A stretch of DNA of 64,000 nucleotides, taken from NCBI GenBank assembly GCA_951406725.2, contig OX597829.1:47864001-47928000 (forward strand), in the 5' to 3' direction. This document shows positions 42,915 through 56,605 of this stretch, piece after piece. Position 1 is the stretch's first letter. Each line of letters opens with the position of its first letter. The notes beneath the pieces were generated by a model. It ran no database searches. It worked only from the letters and a program-made list of their open reading frames with translations, and was not told where the DNA came from. This DNA comes from Octopus vulgaris (lineage: Eukaryota). The position numbers were made by a program, and so were the translations under genes.

Positions 42915-44033
42915 GGTGTTCCCCAGGGAACTGTTTTGGGTCCGCTACTCTTCATAATTTATGTAAACGACCTTTCCAGTGTCGTACATCACTGCAAAGT
43001 GAAAATATTCGCTGATGACACTAAGCTCCAGCAAATCGTCAATGAAGAAGCAGACCGAACTCAACTCCAGTCTGACCTATATGCTGTGAGTCAATGGGCA
43101 GACAGAAACAAAATGCAACTGAATGAGGGAAAATTTGAGCTGATGCATTTTGGAAGAAATTCCTCACTAAAACAACCATACTCTCTTCCTTCAGGGGAAC
43201 CGCTCACAGCCTCTAACAATATCAGAGACCTGGGTGTAATTGTTGATGACGATCTCAGTTGGAGTGCACACATCAACAAGAAGGTCGATACAGCTCGTAG
43301 GATGAGTTCCTGGATCTTAAGAACTTTCCGGTCCAGAGAACAAGGTGTCATCATACCACTTTTTTCATCCTTTGTACGGCCACACCTTGAATACTGCTGC
43401 CCACTGTGGTCTCCTCACACAAGACAAAACATCTCCAGAATTGAGTCACCCCAGAGGGCTCTTACTAAACAAATTGAAGGCATGGCTGCTCTCGACTATT
43501 GGGATCGCCTTAAAGCCTTGAAACTTTACTCCCTCCAGCGTCGCCGTGAGCGGTACATCATTTGTACGATGTGGAAAATATACCGCCAACTTTGCCCAAA
43601 CGACCTAAACATTAGCTTCAAGGTTCATCCGAGACTTGGACCACGGGCTATACGTCCCCTGCCAAATTCAAGATCACAACATACATGTACACTGCAACAT
43701 AATTTCTTTTCCTCAACAGGCCCTGCCCTATTTAACATTGTCCCGAGGGAGATCAAAGAGGAAAAGGATCCCATCAACTTCAAACAGAGTCTGGATAGAT
43801 TCCTTCAAAGAATACCAGACAAGCCACCCATAATTGGATACAACTCACCCAACAAGAACTCACTACTTGAACAAAACTGGATACAACTCACCCAACAAGA
43901 ACTCACTACTTGAACAAAACTTGACTTAAACAGGATTCGAATAATCCTATCAGGTGGTGCTATTAAGTTAGACATGGCCTGGACCAATCTCTGGTCGAAA
44001 CATATCTAAGTTTTATCTAAGTTTCTAAGTTTT
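42915..44033 (+). mobile_element. 5'-truncated CR1-type LINE: open RT C-terminal half plus 3' UTR
   Basis: GVPQGTVLGPLLF, FADDTKL, RDLGV, RPHLEYCCPLWSP, YSLQRRRER; ORF stop at 43913; (CTAAGTTT)n-like tail. Confidence 0.92.
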
Positions 44034-44209
44034 ATATATATATATATATACTGCTTATATTTTGTACTGTCGTTACTGTCCTGTTTTTGTTACCATTTTT
44101 ACCCCTCTGCAAAAAGATCTCAAATTTTATTTGATTTGTTTTTCGCAGGAAGGAAAGTTTCTATCGAAGATACGTCTCACCTTCATCTTCGAAACGTAGA
44201 GTAGATGAA

Positions 44210-44440
44210 ACCATGGCGACTGAAGAAGGGGTCTTTTCCTTGTGTTATTTGTCCTGTACTCTATTTTTTTGTTGTTTAAGAAAAATGTCCAGTTCCTTGG
44301 GTTTGTGTCTATGTTTTCGTTTCTCATTGTGTTCGACGTTTTTTTGGTGTCCTGTACTCATATATGCGTGTATATATACATGTAGAGGTAGGTACGTACA
44401 TATATGTATATATATATACATATGTTTTATTTATTAATAT
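44210..44440 (+). mobile_element. Relative of the fold-back repeat at 62738-63089
   Basis: Shared ggtgtcctgtactcatatatgc...tatgttttatttattaa end in (TA)n. Confidence 0.6.
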
Positions 44441-44613
44441 ATATATATATATATATATATCTTTGTTTGTCTGCGTCTGTTCCCCCACCATCGCTTGACA
44501 ACTGATGTTGGTGTATTTACGTTCCCACAAATTAGCGGTATGTATGTGTGCACATACACTGTATATGTCTGTGTGTGCATTTATATATATTTATATACAT
44601 GTGTGTATGCGTT

Positions 44614-44675
<62 letters not shown>

Positions 44676-44906
44676 GAGTACCCGATAACACGTTTGTTTG
44701 AAAAACTGAAAGCGCATACACACACAATACGAAAACTTCATTCCAAAGGGTTTGTGTCATTCTGTTTTACAATTTTTCTCTTTTTTTTTTAATAGTTAAA
44801 TACACAACTCGCAAGCACAGATTTTTTTATTATTCTCCTTTCTCCACCGTTTGCCGACCTATTCCTCTCTTTCTCTGAGTCTATTTGCACGTTTGGCTAT
44901 TAATAA

Positions 44907-44973
<67 letters not shown>

Positions 44974-45207
44974 TGTGTGTGTGCTTGTATGTGTATCTTC
45001 TATCTTTGCCTAGTCATCCATCGGTTTATCTTGCTGTCTATCTGTGAGATCTATCTGCTTTGCGACTAATACATTTTAACGAAGTAGTTATCTTTCGTGC
45101 TTCTCGCTCTCTTCGTTTTAAAAATGCTCAGAAATTGTCTTTCTACTTCAGTTCATCGATGCCTTTCAATTCACTGTATTACACATGTCACACCCTACTG
45201 TATTTGT

Positions 45208-45593
45208 GTGGAGGCGCAATGGCCCAGTGGTTAGGGCAGCGGATTCGCGGTCATAGGATCGCGGTTTCGATTCCCAGACCGGGCGTTGTGAGTGTTTATT
45301 GAGCGAAAACACCTAAAAGCTCCACGAGGCTCCGGCAGGGGATGGTGGTGGTCCCTGCTGTACTCTTTCACCACAACTTTCTCTCACTCTTACTTCCTGT
45401 TTCTATTGTACCTGTATTTCAAAGGGCCGGCCTTGTCACTCTCTGTGTCACGCTGAATATCCCCGAGAACTACGTTAAGGGTACACGTGTCTGTGGAGTG
45501 CTCAGCCACTTACACGTTAATTTCACGAGCAGGCTGTTCCGTTGATTCGGATCAACCGGAACCCTCGTCGTCGTAACCGACGGAGTGCTTCCA
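45208..45593 (+). mobile_element. SINE S3 with TSD ACTGTATTTGT
   Basis: Full copy with direct repeat on both sides. Confidence 0.9.
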
Positions 45594-45698
45594 CTGTATT
45601 TGTTTTTCGTATGCTGAGGATTGCCCTTCTGTTGTATTCCCACCGCTATATTGTTTTTATTGATAATCAACACCGCTACATGAAACCCCATTTCTCTC

Positions 45699-45804
<106 letters not shown>

Positions 45805-45897
45805 CATACATACGTGTGTGGTGTAAATGTGTGTGTTTGTGTGTATCAGTGTGTTTGTTTTAAAGCTTTACATACAAGAATATATTCTAAGCAATAA

Positions 45898-48319
45898 CAC
45901 CGGTCAACAAAGAATTTGTCCCAAGAAAAAGAATACCTGGATCGTATATGTTTTTTGAATGCAGAATTCAAAAATAATATCAAATTATCTGTACCACACA
46001 CAGTTTCTCTGTTCTACGATGTCCCTCTCAGTTTCTGTTACGTGGGTTAAATTTCAGTTATCTGCTGAAATATGAAGCTAATGGTCTAAGAAATACTCCC
46101 AATTTGAAAGTTTATAAATAGAATTAACCTAATGAAATCATAAACCTAGTTATCTGGGCCAATGAATCACCGAAACTTGGCAACACTGAGTCGATGAGTC
46201 ACCGATACTTTGTCAGTACTGTGCTTGAAGTGTAGGCGTGCAGTTGTGTACTAAGTTCACATATTCAATTCACCTTCATAATGCCAAGAAGATGTTTGCA
46301 ATAAACACCGCAAACAACTTTTGCTATATTTGCGGTGACTTAACATTCAAGCCACAAAGATGGCATTTCTTGCCATTGATTAAAAAGTGCTATAAGCATT
46401 ACGAAAGGAAAGCGTTTCCCAGATGATGCAGCCTTGATTTCTGAAGTCACGTCGTGGTTGGAGGACCAAGCTGGGGTCTTCTACAAAAACGGTCTCCAAA
46501 GCTGCATCAAACGATGGGAGAAATGCGTAACTCTGGGTGGTTCCTATGTTGAAAAAGACTAATAACTGTGCCAAGTTTCGTTGCTCTACTGCTATGGGAA
46601 GTGGGTCAGGGGTATTACTTATTGAACGCCCCTCGTATCTTGACTGCAAAGTGGGTGACCAGGATAAAAGCTGGGCCCCTCATTTGTGTTGTGTAACCTG
46701 TGTCAGACTTGCCATTGCATGGGCCAAAGGTTCACGCCATGTGCCTTCTGCCATCCCTATGATTTGGAAAGAACCCAAAGATCACACTTCAGATTGCTAC
46801 TTCTGCATTACGAACATATAAGGTATAACATCAAAATCCAAGCAGACTGTAAAATATTCTAATTTACAATCTGCTATGAGACCAGTACTTCACAGTGAAT
46901 ACTTACCTGTACCTGACTCTCGAAAACAAATGACACAAGTGATGAAGATGTTGAGAAAAAAAAGAGAAGACATGGACTTTGAGCCTAACTGTTCTTCAAG
47001 TGAACTGCATTTGCTGAGTCAGGGAAATCTGAATGCGGGATTTAAACTTCTCGAAAAGCAAACTGAACTTACTGTTTCCAGGTGTTAAATGGCTGGAATC
47101 TTCTCCCGGAAGAGACCAAAGTTAGTTTTTATCGTTTTCGGCATTGTGATTTTGCAATTTTTTTTCTCACTTGAGGATTGTGTGGTGTTTTTTATTGATG
47201 TATATTCTGTTACGGAGGAACGTAACCACAAATATAGCACGAATAAGTGGCGTTCGTTTATTGATTCCTCAAAAGTAAACTTGAAAGCAGTTTTAATCCA
47301 CAATGGAAATAAGTTTCCTTCTGTTCCTCTGGCCCATGCAGCTAACATGAAGGAAACATATAAGCTTCTATGGCAAAAAATTAAGTGAGGAATATAAGTG
47401 GAATATTTGTGGTGACCTAAAGAGTGTGGCACTTTTACTTGGAATGCAGCTGGGTTACATTAAATTTTGTTGCTTTCTCTTTGAGTAGGACAGTCGGGAT
47501 AAGAAAAATCATTATGAAAAGAATGTGCGTCCGAAACGATTTCTGACTCCTAGACAGAAGAATGTCATCAATCCTCCCCTTGTTAATTATGAGAAAATTT
47601 ATCTGCTCCTTTGCATATTAAGCTTGTGTTGATGAAGAATTTCGTCAAAGGTATGGATAGAACTGGCAAGGGACGTATTTGAAAACTAAATTTCCAAGAG
47701 TAAGTGACGCAAAAATCAAAGAAGGTATTTTTGTTGGGCCACAGATTAGGGAGTTGATGAGAGACCAAAGGTTTGATGAAGAGCTCAATGATGTTGAAAA
47801 AGCAGCGTGGCTGTCATTTGAGAAAGTTTGCAGGGGAAAGATTTGGGGAATCACAGAGCAGAGAACTATTCTGACATTGTGAAAGAGCTACTGACATCAT
47901 AAAAGGCCTTGGGATGTAATATGAGCTTAAAAATTCACTTCTTGAATTCTCACTTGGAGTTTTTCCCTGCAAATCTTGGGGCTGTCAGTGACAAGCACGG
48001 CAAGAGGTTTCACCAGGACATTCTGAACATGGAAACTCGGTACCAAGGAAAATGGAGCTCTTCTATGTTGACTAAAAAGGGGCGTTCCAGTCGAAAATCA
48101 CACGCCTCTACGTTTTAAAGGTACGTTTCCATGTAATATCAGCCCGACTTTAGAATTCATGAAAAGCGATTGTTTAACATTTTACATATGCTATCACTGA
48201 AAAACTATGACTTATAGAAAAAATCTGAAAACACAGTTCAATTCTGCAGATAAAATACAAATAAGTTCACGTACCTTTGTTTATGGGACAGAGTTTTTAA
48301 TTAATTCTGCTGACCAGTT
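45898..48319 (+). mobile_element. Decayed Chapaev3-like (CMC superfamily) DNA transposon
   Basis: FCYICG, GDQDKSWAPHLCC, DCYFC, FIDSSK..LKAVLIHNGN, KEGIFVGPQIR, MSLKIHFL..H..RFHQDI motifs across frames; imperfect TIRs CACCGGTCAACA / TGCTGACCAGTT. Confidence 0.8.
46400..46637 (+). mobile_element. Deleted mariner nested in the Chapaev-like ORF
   Basis: KGKRFPDD..FYKNGLQSCIKRWEKCVTLGGSYVEKD*; right TIR ttacttattgaacgcccctcg; TA at both ends. Confidence 0.82.
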
Positions 48320-48763
48320 ATAATTGTCAGCCTTATTGCTGTATTAATATCATACATTTATTGGATAATTTAATTACTATGTCACATAAAAACCATGCCT
48401 GATAGAAACATTCTAGAAACAGATATATATTTATAAAAAGTGTAGGTGGCATACGAGTGGGCATATATAGTTTGAGTGGGCATATAAGTTTGAAAACGCC
48501 ACTATATAAGATAAATTTTAATTTTCTGAGAGATTTTACATGTTTCGGTTCTTCTTGAAAAAAAAAACCCCAATCTTATCAAAAATATTTTTAAAAGTTA
48601 AGTGTAATAAAAAAAAAGTTCATAATTGTTTCTTACTAGTCTCAACAGAATCCACGTGGTGGTGTTTTGTGGGGGGAGCATAATGGCTGTCTTGTGCGTT
48701 AACTAGAATCGTTGGCTAGAATCGTGTGGGGGTGGGGTTGACTAGAATATATATGTTAATGTT

Positions 48764-49150
48764 GTGGAGGCGCAATGGCCCAGTGGTTAGGGCAGCGGAC
48801 TCGCGGTCATAGGATCGCGGTTTCGATTCCCAGACCGGGCGTTGTGAGTGTTTATTGAGCGAAAACACCTAAAGCTCCACGAGGCTCCGGCAGAGGGTGG
48901 TGGTGATCCCTGCTGTACTCTTTCACCACAACTTTCTCTCGCTCTTACTTCCTGTTTCTGTTGTACCTGTATTTCAAAAGGGCCGGCCTTGTCACTCTCT
49001 GTGTCACGCTGAATATCCCAGAGAACTACGTTAAGGGTACACGTGTCTGTGGAGTGCTCAGCCACTTACACGTTAATTTCACGAGCAGGCTGTTCCGTTG
49101 ATTCGGATCAACCGGAACCCTCGTCGTCGTAACCGACGGAGTGCTTCCAC
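48764..49150 (+). mobile_element. SINE S3 with TSD ATATGTTAATGT
   Basis: Full copy with direct repeat on both sides. Confidence 0.9.
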
Positions 49151-49408
49151 ATATGTTAATGTGTTTATATGGAACGTTTTTCAGTTAAAATTCTTCCTTC
49201 TGTCATGTTCGTGTGAATCTCTCCATATGCTCGCCTGATTGCCTCTAGGACTGTCTGTCAGCCCCTATTTTCGATCACCTTTTTGTTTGTCTTTTGTCTT
49301 CTTTTCATTTAACCGATGTTTAAGTACCATTCTCAATCCATTTTACTCATTTCTTTCTCAGTTACTCTCAGAAACAATATCTTTAACTCTTTCATTTTCT
49401 CTCACTCA

Positions 49409-49448
<40 letters not shown>

Positions 49449-49575
49449 GACGCGCGTGCGCATACTCTCTCTCGTTCAGTCTTTCTCTCTCACTTTATCA
49501 ATCTATCTGTCTGTCTGTCTGTCTATCTGTATCTATGTAGGTATGTATATGTATATATATGTGTGTGTGCGCGCT

Positions 49576-49606
<31 letters not shown>

Positions 49607-49610
49607 ATAC

Positions 49611-49664
<54 letters not shown>

Positions 49665-50016
49665 CGCCTGTGTCATCCATGTTTTTAACCGTTACTGTCT
49701 CCAAAAAAGATTTTTTCGTTTCATGTTCTTCTCTGTTGCGTTGCATTCTTTCCTTCTGTGGCTGGCTGATTCAGAGCGGATCTCAGAATTAAACAGCCGA
49801 AATCTGCGATGAGGAATCAGTTTCTGACTGAAGAACGAAGTCTTTGAATGACCCGTTTGTCTTTTATGTTTGTCCCTTACATTCCTACATGCATACATAT
49901 GTACGTATATACATGCAAACTTATATTTACATATATATATATATATATATTATTTATAAGCCATTTAAGAAACACACAAAACCCGTTAGATTCACTTCAA
50001 CATTTAAATTTAATGT

Positions 50017-50061
50017 GACAAAATATTTTCGTCGCTTTGAGGCCGCGACCTGTTCACTGGC
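50017..50061 (-). ncRNA. HHR-like motif with G3-C8 swapped core
   Basis: GCCA-GTGAACA-G-GTCGC ggcctcaaa GCGAC-GAAA-ATAT-TT-TGTC. Confidence 0.55.
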
Positions 50062-50769
50062 AAAATTTCGTGACGATCTCAGATCAGGTCACTTGCTATG
50101 CAAATACATCTCCGCATTTATATATATTACTTTATATTATATTTAAATGCGTGTACGCGCGCGCGCACGTGCGTGCGTGTGTGTCTCTGTGTGTGGCTTT
50201 CTCGCTCTCTCTCTTTCACTCGCCCACTCACCGTCTTTCTCACTTTCTCTTTTTCTCTCTCTCTCCCTCTCTCTTTCTCTACTTATGTATTTCCCCCCCT
50301 CTCTATCTCTCTCTTTCACACACACACACACAATCAAATACAAATTTAACCCTATCGCTATATCACTAACTCTTACTTCCCGTGGCTCCTTTTGTCACAA
50401 CCATTATTCATTCTTCCTTGGTTCCTTATCATAGAACGAATGCAAACTGACTTCTTTTTCTTCTTTTTTCTGAGAATTGATAGTTATGCACCTGTCGGCC
50501 TTTATATAAATAATTCCATTGTTACAGACGACGCTGGGTTTTTCTTTATGAAGACTGGCGTAATTTTATTTTAAATTTAAAAATAAAACCCAAGTAATAC
50601 ACTCTACCCACGCTCAAGAACATTATACTAGATGCAGACGACAGATTAATACGTGTATATGAACATGTATGTAGATATCAATGTGTGTGTAAGTGCGTGT
50701 GTGTGTAAATTCTTTTGGGGAATTTTTGATCTTGAAACTCATAAAACTATAAATAATGTTTTCAAACTT

Positions 50770-50966
50770 TGACACAAAGATTGAAATTTCGGGCGAAAGG
50801 GGTTAGACGAATATATCGACCACATTACTTGACCGGTAACATTTTTCATCGATCCCGAAAGGACGAAAGGGAAAGTCGGCCTCGGCGGAATTTGAACTCA
50901 GAACGTAAAGACGGATAAAACGTCGTTAAGCCTTTTGCCCAGCATGCTAACGATTCTGCCAACTCG
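50770..50966 (-). mobile_element. Diverged SINE S2
   Basis: Matches family; AAAACTATAAATAAT direct repeats flank it. Confidence 0.75.
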
Positions 50967-51496
50967 TAAACCTCATACAAAACTATAAATAATATCATTT
51001 AAACACCAAGCTGAAAACCCTTTTTAGACAAAAAAATAAAACAAAGTCGAAGGCTGCTCGTAGGGCACGAACCCAAATCTTCTGCTTCATCTGAATTTTT
51101 CTATACCAAAGAGTTTTACAGCCTGATATTTATATGCTATTATTTATAGCTTTATGTGCTTTGAGATACACTATTCGAAAAAGAATAAAGTATGAGTTAA
51201 TTCACGTTTTCTTGAAAGTTTATACATTTTTATGGCAACAACTCTCTCTTTTCCTCTCTACCTATCTCTCTCCCTCTCCCCTGTGTGTGTGTGTGTCTCT
51301 CTCTCTCACCCAAAGTGAACAGTATTATCGTTAAAGGCGTGAAATTGTAAAGAGTTTTTGGACGGTTAGTGACGAGGAATTAGCAACGTGTGAATTTTCC
51401 GTTTGTTCCTTGGTTGTGTTTCTGTTCAAATTTTGGAACTTATTTAATGTAACACTACGCACATTTCTTATCTTTACCCGACCTCGTCTGTATCAC

Positions 51497-51694
51497 TAGC
51501 GATTTTTTTCCCCTGTCTTCCCTTCTCGGGATCTTTCTTTCTCCTATGTTTCCGACGAAGAGCTCCGCTCGAAACGTTAAACCCTCCTTCTTCCCTTTTT
51601 TCCTGAGGGTCCAATAATACTTTATTTGTTCCACGTCCTTGCGTTGTTGTTTTTTTTTTTTGTTTTTGTTTTCTTGTTTGGATTAACTTTAACT
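51497..51694 (+). mobile_element. Family H1 copy with HHR at 51548-51582 (core CCGACGA)
   Basis: GTTT-CCGACGA-A-GAGC tcc GCTC-GAAA-CG-TT-AAAC. Confidence 0.75.
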
Positions 51695-51811
51695 ATATAT
51701 ATATATAAAAGAATAAAAGAATATGTATATATATATGCATACATACATATATACACACATACATATATTTATATATATATAAGTGTGTATCTGTATATAT
51801 ATGTATATGTA

Positions 51812-51843
<32 letters not shown>

Positions 51844-51898
51844 CACATAAATATATATATACACACACATATACACCCACCCACACACATATATATAT

Positions 51899-51958
<60 letters not shown>

Positions 51959-52199
51959 TGTGTGAGTGGGGTGTGTCTGTATGTTTACATATATTTATGT
52001 AAGTACCGTGGAAGCTGATATTCCATTTATGGATACTTTGAATTTCTCATTTCCGAATTCGGTGGAATGTAAAACACGAAATATTTAGAATTATATACGA
52101 TACATAAATCTACATTTGTGTATGAGTGTGAACATATCCATGTGTATGTGTGTCTGTGTGCGTGGACATATTTGAGCATCCGAAAATTTTATTTATATG

Positions 52200-52455
52200 A
52201 AAACTGGGGTTATATAGGCCAAACAAGATGTCACTTAGGCGGAGAACTACACCGCATAAGAAACAGATCTGCTTCCCAAGGTATAAACAGATACCACTGA
52301 GTGAACACATAGAGAGATGTGTAGGGAATCTCCAACCAAACTTCACGGTTTTCTCCATCTATCAGTGTAAAGAAATAATTTCTACACATGAACGATTAAA
52401 TAAAAAAAATATATTTATTGAAAAATACAAACCGCGCCTGAATGTAGAAGCATAG
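52200..52455 (+). pseudogene. Penelope-type GIY-YIG endonuclease C-terminal remnant (frameshifted)
   Basis: YIGQT / SLRRRTTPHKKQI..PRYKQIPLSEHIERC..F..R..FIEKYKPRLN*, typical of PLE ORF ends. Confidence 0.78.
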
Positions 52456-52750
52456 CCAATTTTTGTTTCTATGAATATTTTAATTCATGAATGCATAACC
52501 AACACTGTACATATATTATCTCACTACTTTAACTCATGAGTTAATATAAATTAACCCTCCCAAAAAAGTGTACTCACCCCACAAAAATGTGCAATTACCT
52601 CCCTTGTCTTGAATAATAACAATCACCAATTACTTCCCCTGAGATTTTTGCAACACACTGATTCATTTACAAATAAACTCTCATATAAGCATCATGGACT
52701 AAAAACTTCTTAAGAAAATACAAAATTGCAATATTTTCACCAATTTTAAT

Positions 52751-52782
52751 GTCATGCTTAGCGAAACGCGAAACCAGTCGAC
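52751..52782 (+). ncRNA. HHR-like motif in the PLE 3' region with A3-U8 core
   Basis: GTC-ATGCTTA-GCG aaa CGC-GAAA-CCAG-TC-GAC. Confidence 0.45.
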
Positions 52783-52844
52783 TATCATAATATTCTAGCC
52801 TTTAAATATATATTAAAAATAAATAAATTGTGTGCATTTTCCTT

Positions 52845-52897
<53 letters not shown>

Positions 52898-52944
52898 AGC
52901 AAAATACAAATCTATATATACACAAACATATATCTATCTATCTA

Positions 52945-53036
<92 letters not shown>

Positions 53037-53359
53037 TATTCTGATCAATTAACTGAGATTATATCAGTTTATACATACATATATATATAAACATATACAC
53101 ACACACACACGCGCGCACCTGCATTATTTCTCTTTCAAAATATTATGTTTCATAGCTGGCCTCTAGACTTTCCACCATTTCCCGTTCACAAGTATCAACT
53201 ACTTCCAGCGTCTCGGAACTCGCATCTAAGAATCCAATTATCAAAGAGACCAAACTCTTTGACCCTATCATTCCTCAATCTATCGTTGTCATTTCCAGCA
53301 TCTCAGAAATGATGGATTGGCAAAAGTCGCAAAACGAAGATTAAACTTTATCACCATGA

Positions 53360-53433
<74 letters not shown>

Positions 53434-53465
53434 TTCTATTTATTTATTGGTACACACACACACAG

Positions 53466-53519
<54 letters not shown>

Positions 53520-53691
53520 ACACACATAGATGGATAGATATAATTTTATGTGTGTGTATATGTGCAAATATATGCATGTGTATATATACATATATATTAC
53601 TGTGTATGTGTGTATTACGTATGTATGTATGCATGTATGTATGTGTGTGTATGTATGTATGTACGTATGTATGTGTGTGTGTGTATGTATG

Positions 53692-53725
<34 letters not shown>

Positions 53726-54130
53726 TGTGTGTGTATGTATGTATGTACGTATGTATGTGTGTGTGTGTATGTATGTATATATGTATGTATGTATGTATGT
53801 ATTTATGTATGTATGTATGTATGTATGTATGTATGTATGTATGTATGTATGTATGTATGTATGCATACATATAGACATACTAACTGAAAATTAGTGAATT
53901 TTCTATAACTAAATTTTTTTCCGTTGGTGATATTTTTTAGAATTCGGCGATAACGTTTTTCTTTGTCTTGTTGGGGGAAGGAGTTGTTTTTTTGTGGCGG
54001 GGTGAGGAGATATTTTTGTTTTTTTCTTTTATGTGACATCAGCAATTTTTATTTCATCCAAAGCTACACGACGCCTGAACTTCACACATCTCACTTTCTC
54101 TCTTTCTCTTTTTCTCTTTCTCTCTCTCTC

Positions 54131-54166
<36 letters not shown>

Positions 54167-54899
54167 ACTTTCTCTTCTCTCTCTTAGACTGGAAGTTCCT
54201 TTTCAATGCTTACCATTAAAGAATAACTGGGTATTCTTTGACTCACATTCAATCGGTATGCTGTGTCTCCAGATTCAGGTTATTTTTCTCTTTAGATACG
54301 CGCGCACGCGCACGCCCACACACATACACGCGCGCGCGCGCGCGCTCACACACACACACAATGATGTACGAACATATATGGAGGGATTAGTCGCAGAAAC
54401 ACTAACCAATGAACATGTTACATTTATGCCTAAGTGGCTGAATATTCCGCAAACATGTATTCTTCGAGCAGAACCAACGCGACACAGAGGGACACGAGAT
54501 CACATCTGTAGAATTATACAGAATTGTCTTTTTGCAATGAAAAATCCTGATATGATTTTTTAGAAATTTTGCCTCGATTCAAAATCCTTTTAAGAGAAAC
54601 TAGTTCTTCCTCCACTATTTTAGTTCCTTCACTACTGCCCTCTAGGAACCACCCAGTGGTATTCTAAACAAAAATGGTATCCTGAAGTCTGTCAGGCATG
54701 TCTCTATGCAGCTCATCGAATGTGAAAAATACACTTAAAAGTCATCTTCTTTTCCATTTCCATGCACTTTTCCATTTCCAATTCAGAGAGATTCTGAAAT
54801 TGGAAGAACTCACAACAGCTGATGTTATGTTAAATAACCTTAATTTGGACAGAAACGCGGAGAGATTTGATTTTACCTTTATAAGGTTTTAACTCATTT

Positions 54900-55300
54900 C
54901 CTTGCAGCCGAAAATTAATCACCTTGAGCTTTGTGAGTCCTGCTTGATGTTTCTTAGTTCATCACAAAGAAGAGAGTTAGAGTCTTGCAAGAATTCAACA
55001 ACTGTTTTTAAATAGGAATAGAAACTTTCAGGCAGTTTCCCATCCATCCATCGAACTTCTGTATGCAAGTAACAAACGTTCAAAATCCTTATCATTCTCA
55101 AAGCAGAGCTGTTGAAGCAGTGCAGAACTGAGAGCATGTGCCTTGATTTTATTTACTGCTGTTAAACGATTTGTTAAGCCTACCACTTGGGTTATTGGCA
55201 ACGTGTGCAAATATACTTGGTATAATATTTTCAACAAACTGATGAAGCTGCGATGACAATCTACCATCGACGGTGCTCCTTCTGCTGCTCATAAACGAAA
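54900..55300 (-). pseudogene. Decayed hAT (Buster/Charlie) transposase
   Basis: AVNKIKAHAL..QLCFENDKDFERLL / LHTEVRW motif; possible TIR cagtggtattctaaac at about 54655. Confidence 0.7.
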
Positions 55301-56058
55301 TACAGACTACATTTTTGCCTGTTTCTAGTTAGCTGTCTTACATAAATCGGAATTTCTCGGATTATTTTTGGCATCTTTCCATATTTTATGCATCCCACAT
55401 TTCAAAATACCCATGAGTGGACTTTAAAATAAAACATTTCAATCTATAATTTTTCAAGTGCCTACCCCGCCACCAATGTTGAACCAAACATTAATTTCTG
55501 CCGAAACAAACTTTTGTTGCTTTACAAAGGGGAATGATCTAACTGTGAGCTAAATTTGGTTGTTCTTTGTATGTTGCTCATGATCGTAAGATTGTGGTTT
55601 CGATTCTTGGACCGGGCGACACGTTGTGTTCTTGAGCAAAACACTTTATTTCACGTTGCTCCAGTCCACTCAGCAGGCAAAAATGAGTAGCGCTGCGATG
55701 GACTGGCGTCCCGTCCAGCTGGGGAACACATACGCTTTAGAAACCGGGAAACCGGGCCCATGAGCCTGGCTAGGCTTTAAAAGGGCACATTTATTTATTA
55801 TTTTTGTATGTTGTACAATATATCTTAAATGTTGTAGCATTCCACAATTTCAAGCATATGTAATACGCAGCTTTAGAGGAAAAAATTGTACTTCCACCAC
55901 TTCCTTGAAGATCAAAATTTCCACCCCCCGCCTCAAAAATATAAATAGATAAAAACGAAATTCCAGTTTATGAATGACAGCTTTCCCGAACGTTCTGTAA
56001 AAATACAAATAACAAGTGTTTCAAAATGTGGAATAGTACATGACAAAAAATAACAAAA

Positions 56059-56107
<49 letters not shown>

Positions 56108-56129
56108 TTAATAATAATAATAATAATAC

Positions 56130-56200
<71 letters not shown>

Positions 56201-56527
56201 AGTCTTGTGTACGATGGAGGCGGGGTGGGGGTAGACGTTTGAAAAATTATGGATTAAAAAGTTTCATTTTAAAGTCCGCTCTTGAATATTTTGAAATGTG
56301 GGATAATGTGGGAAAAATGCCGAAAATAGTCCGAGAAATTCCAATTTATGAAAGACAGCTATTCCGAAAGAATATATTAGTCTTTTATTTGTTACAGTCA
56401 CTTGACTGTGGCCATGCTGGAGCATTGTCTTTAGTCGAACAAATCGATCCCAGGACTTATTCTTTGTAAGCCTAGTACTTATTCTATTGGTCTATATATA
56501 TATATATATACACACACAATGGGCTTC

Positions 56528-56605
<78 letters not shown>

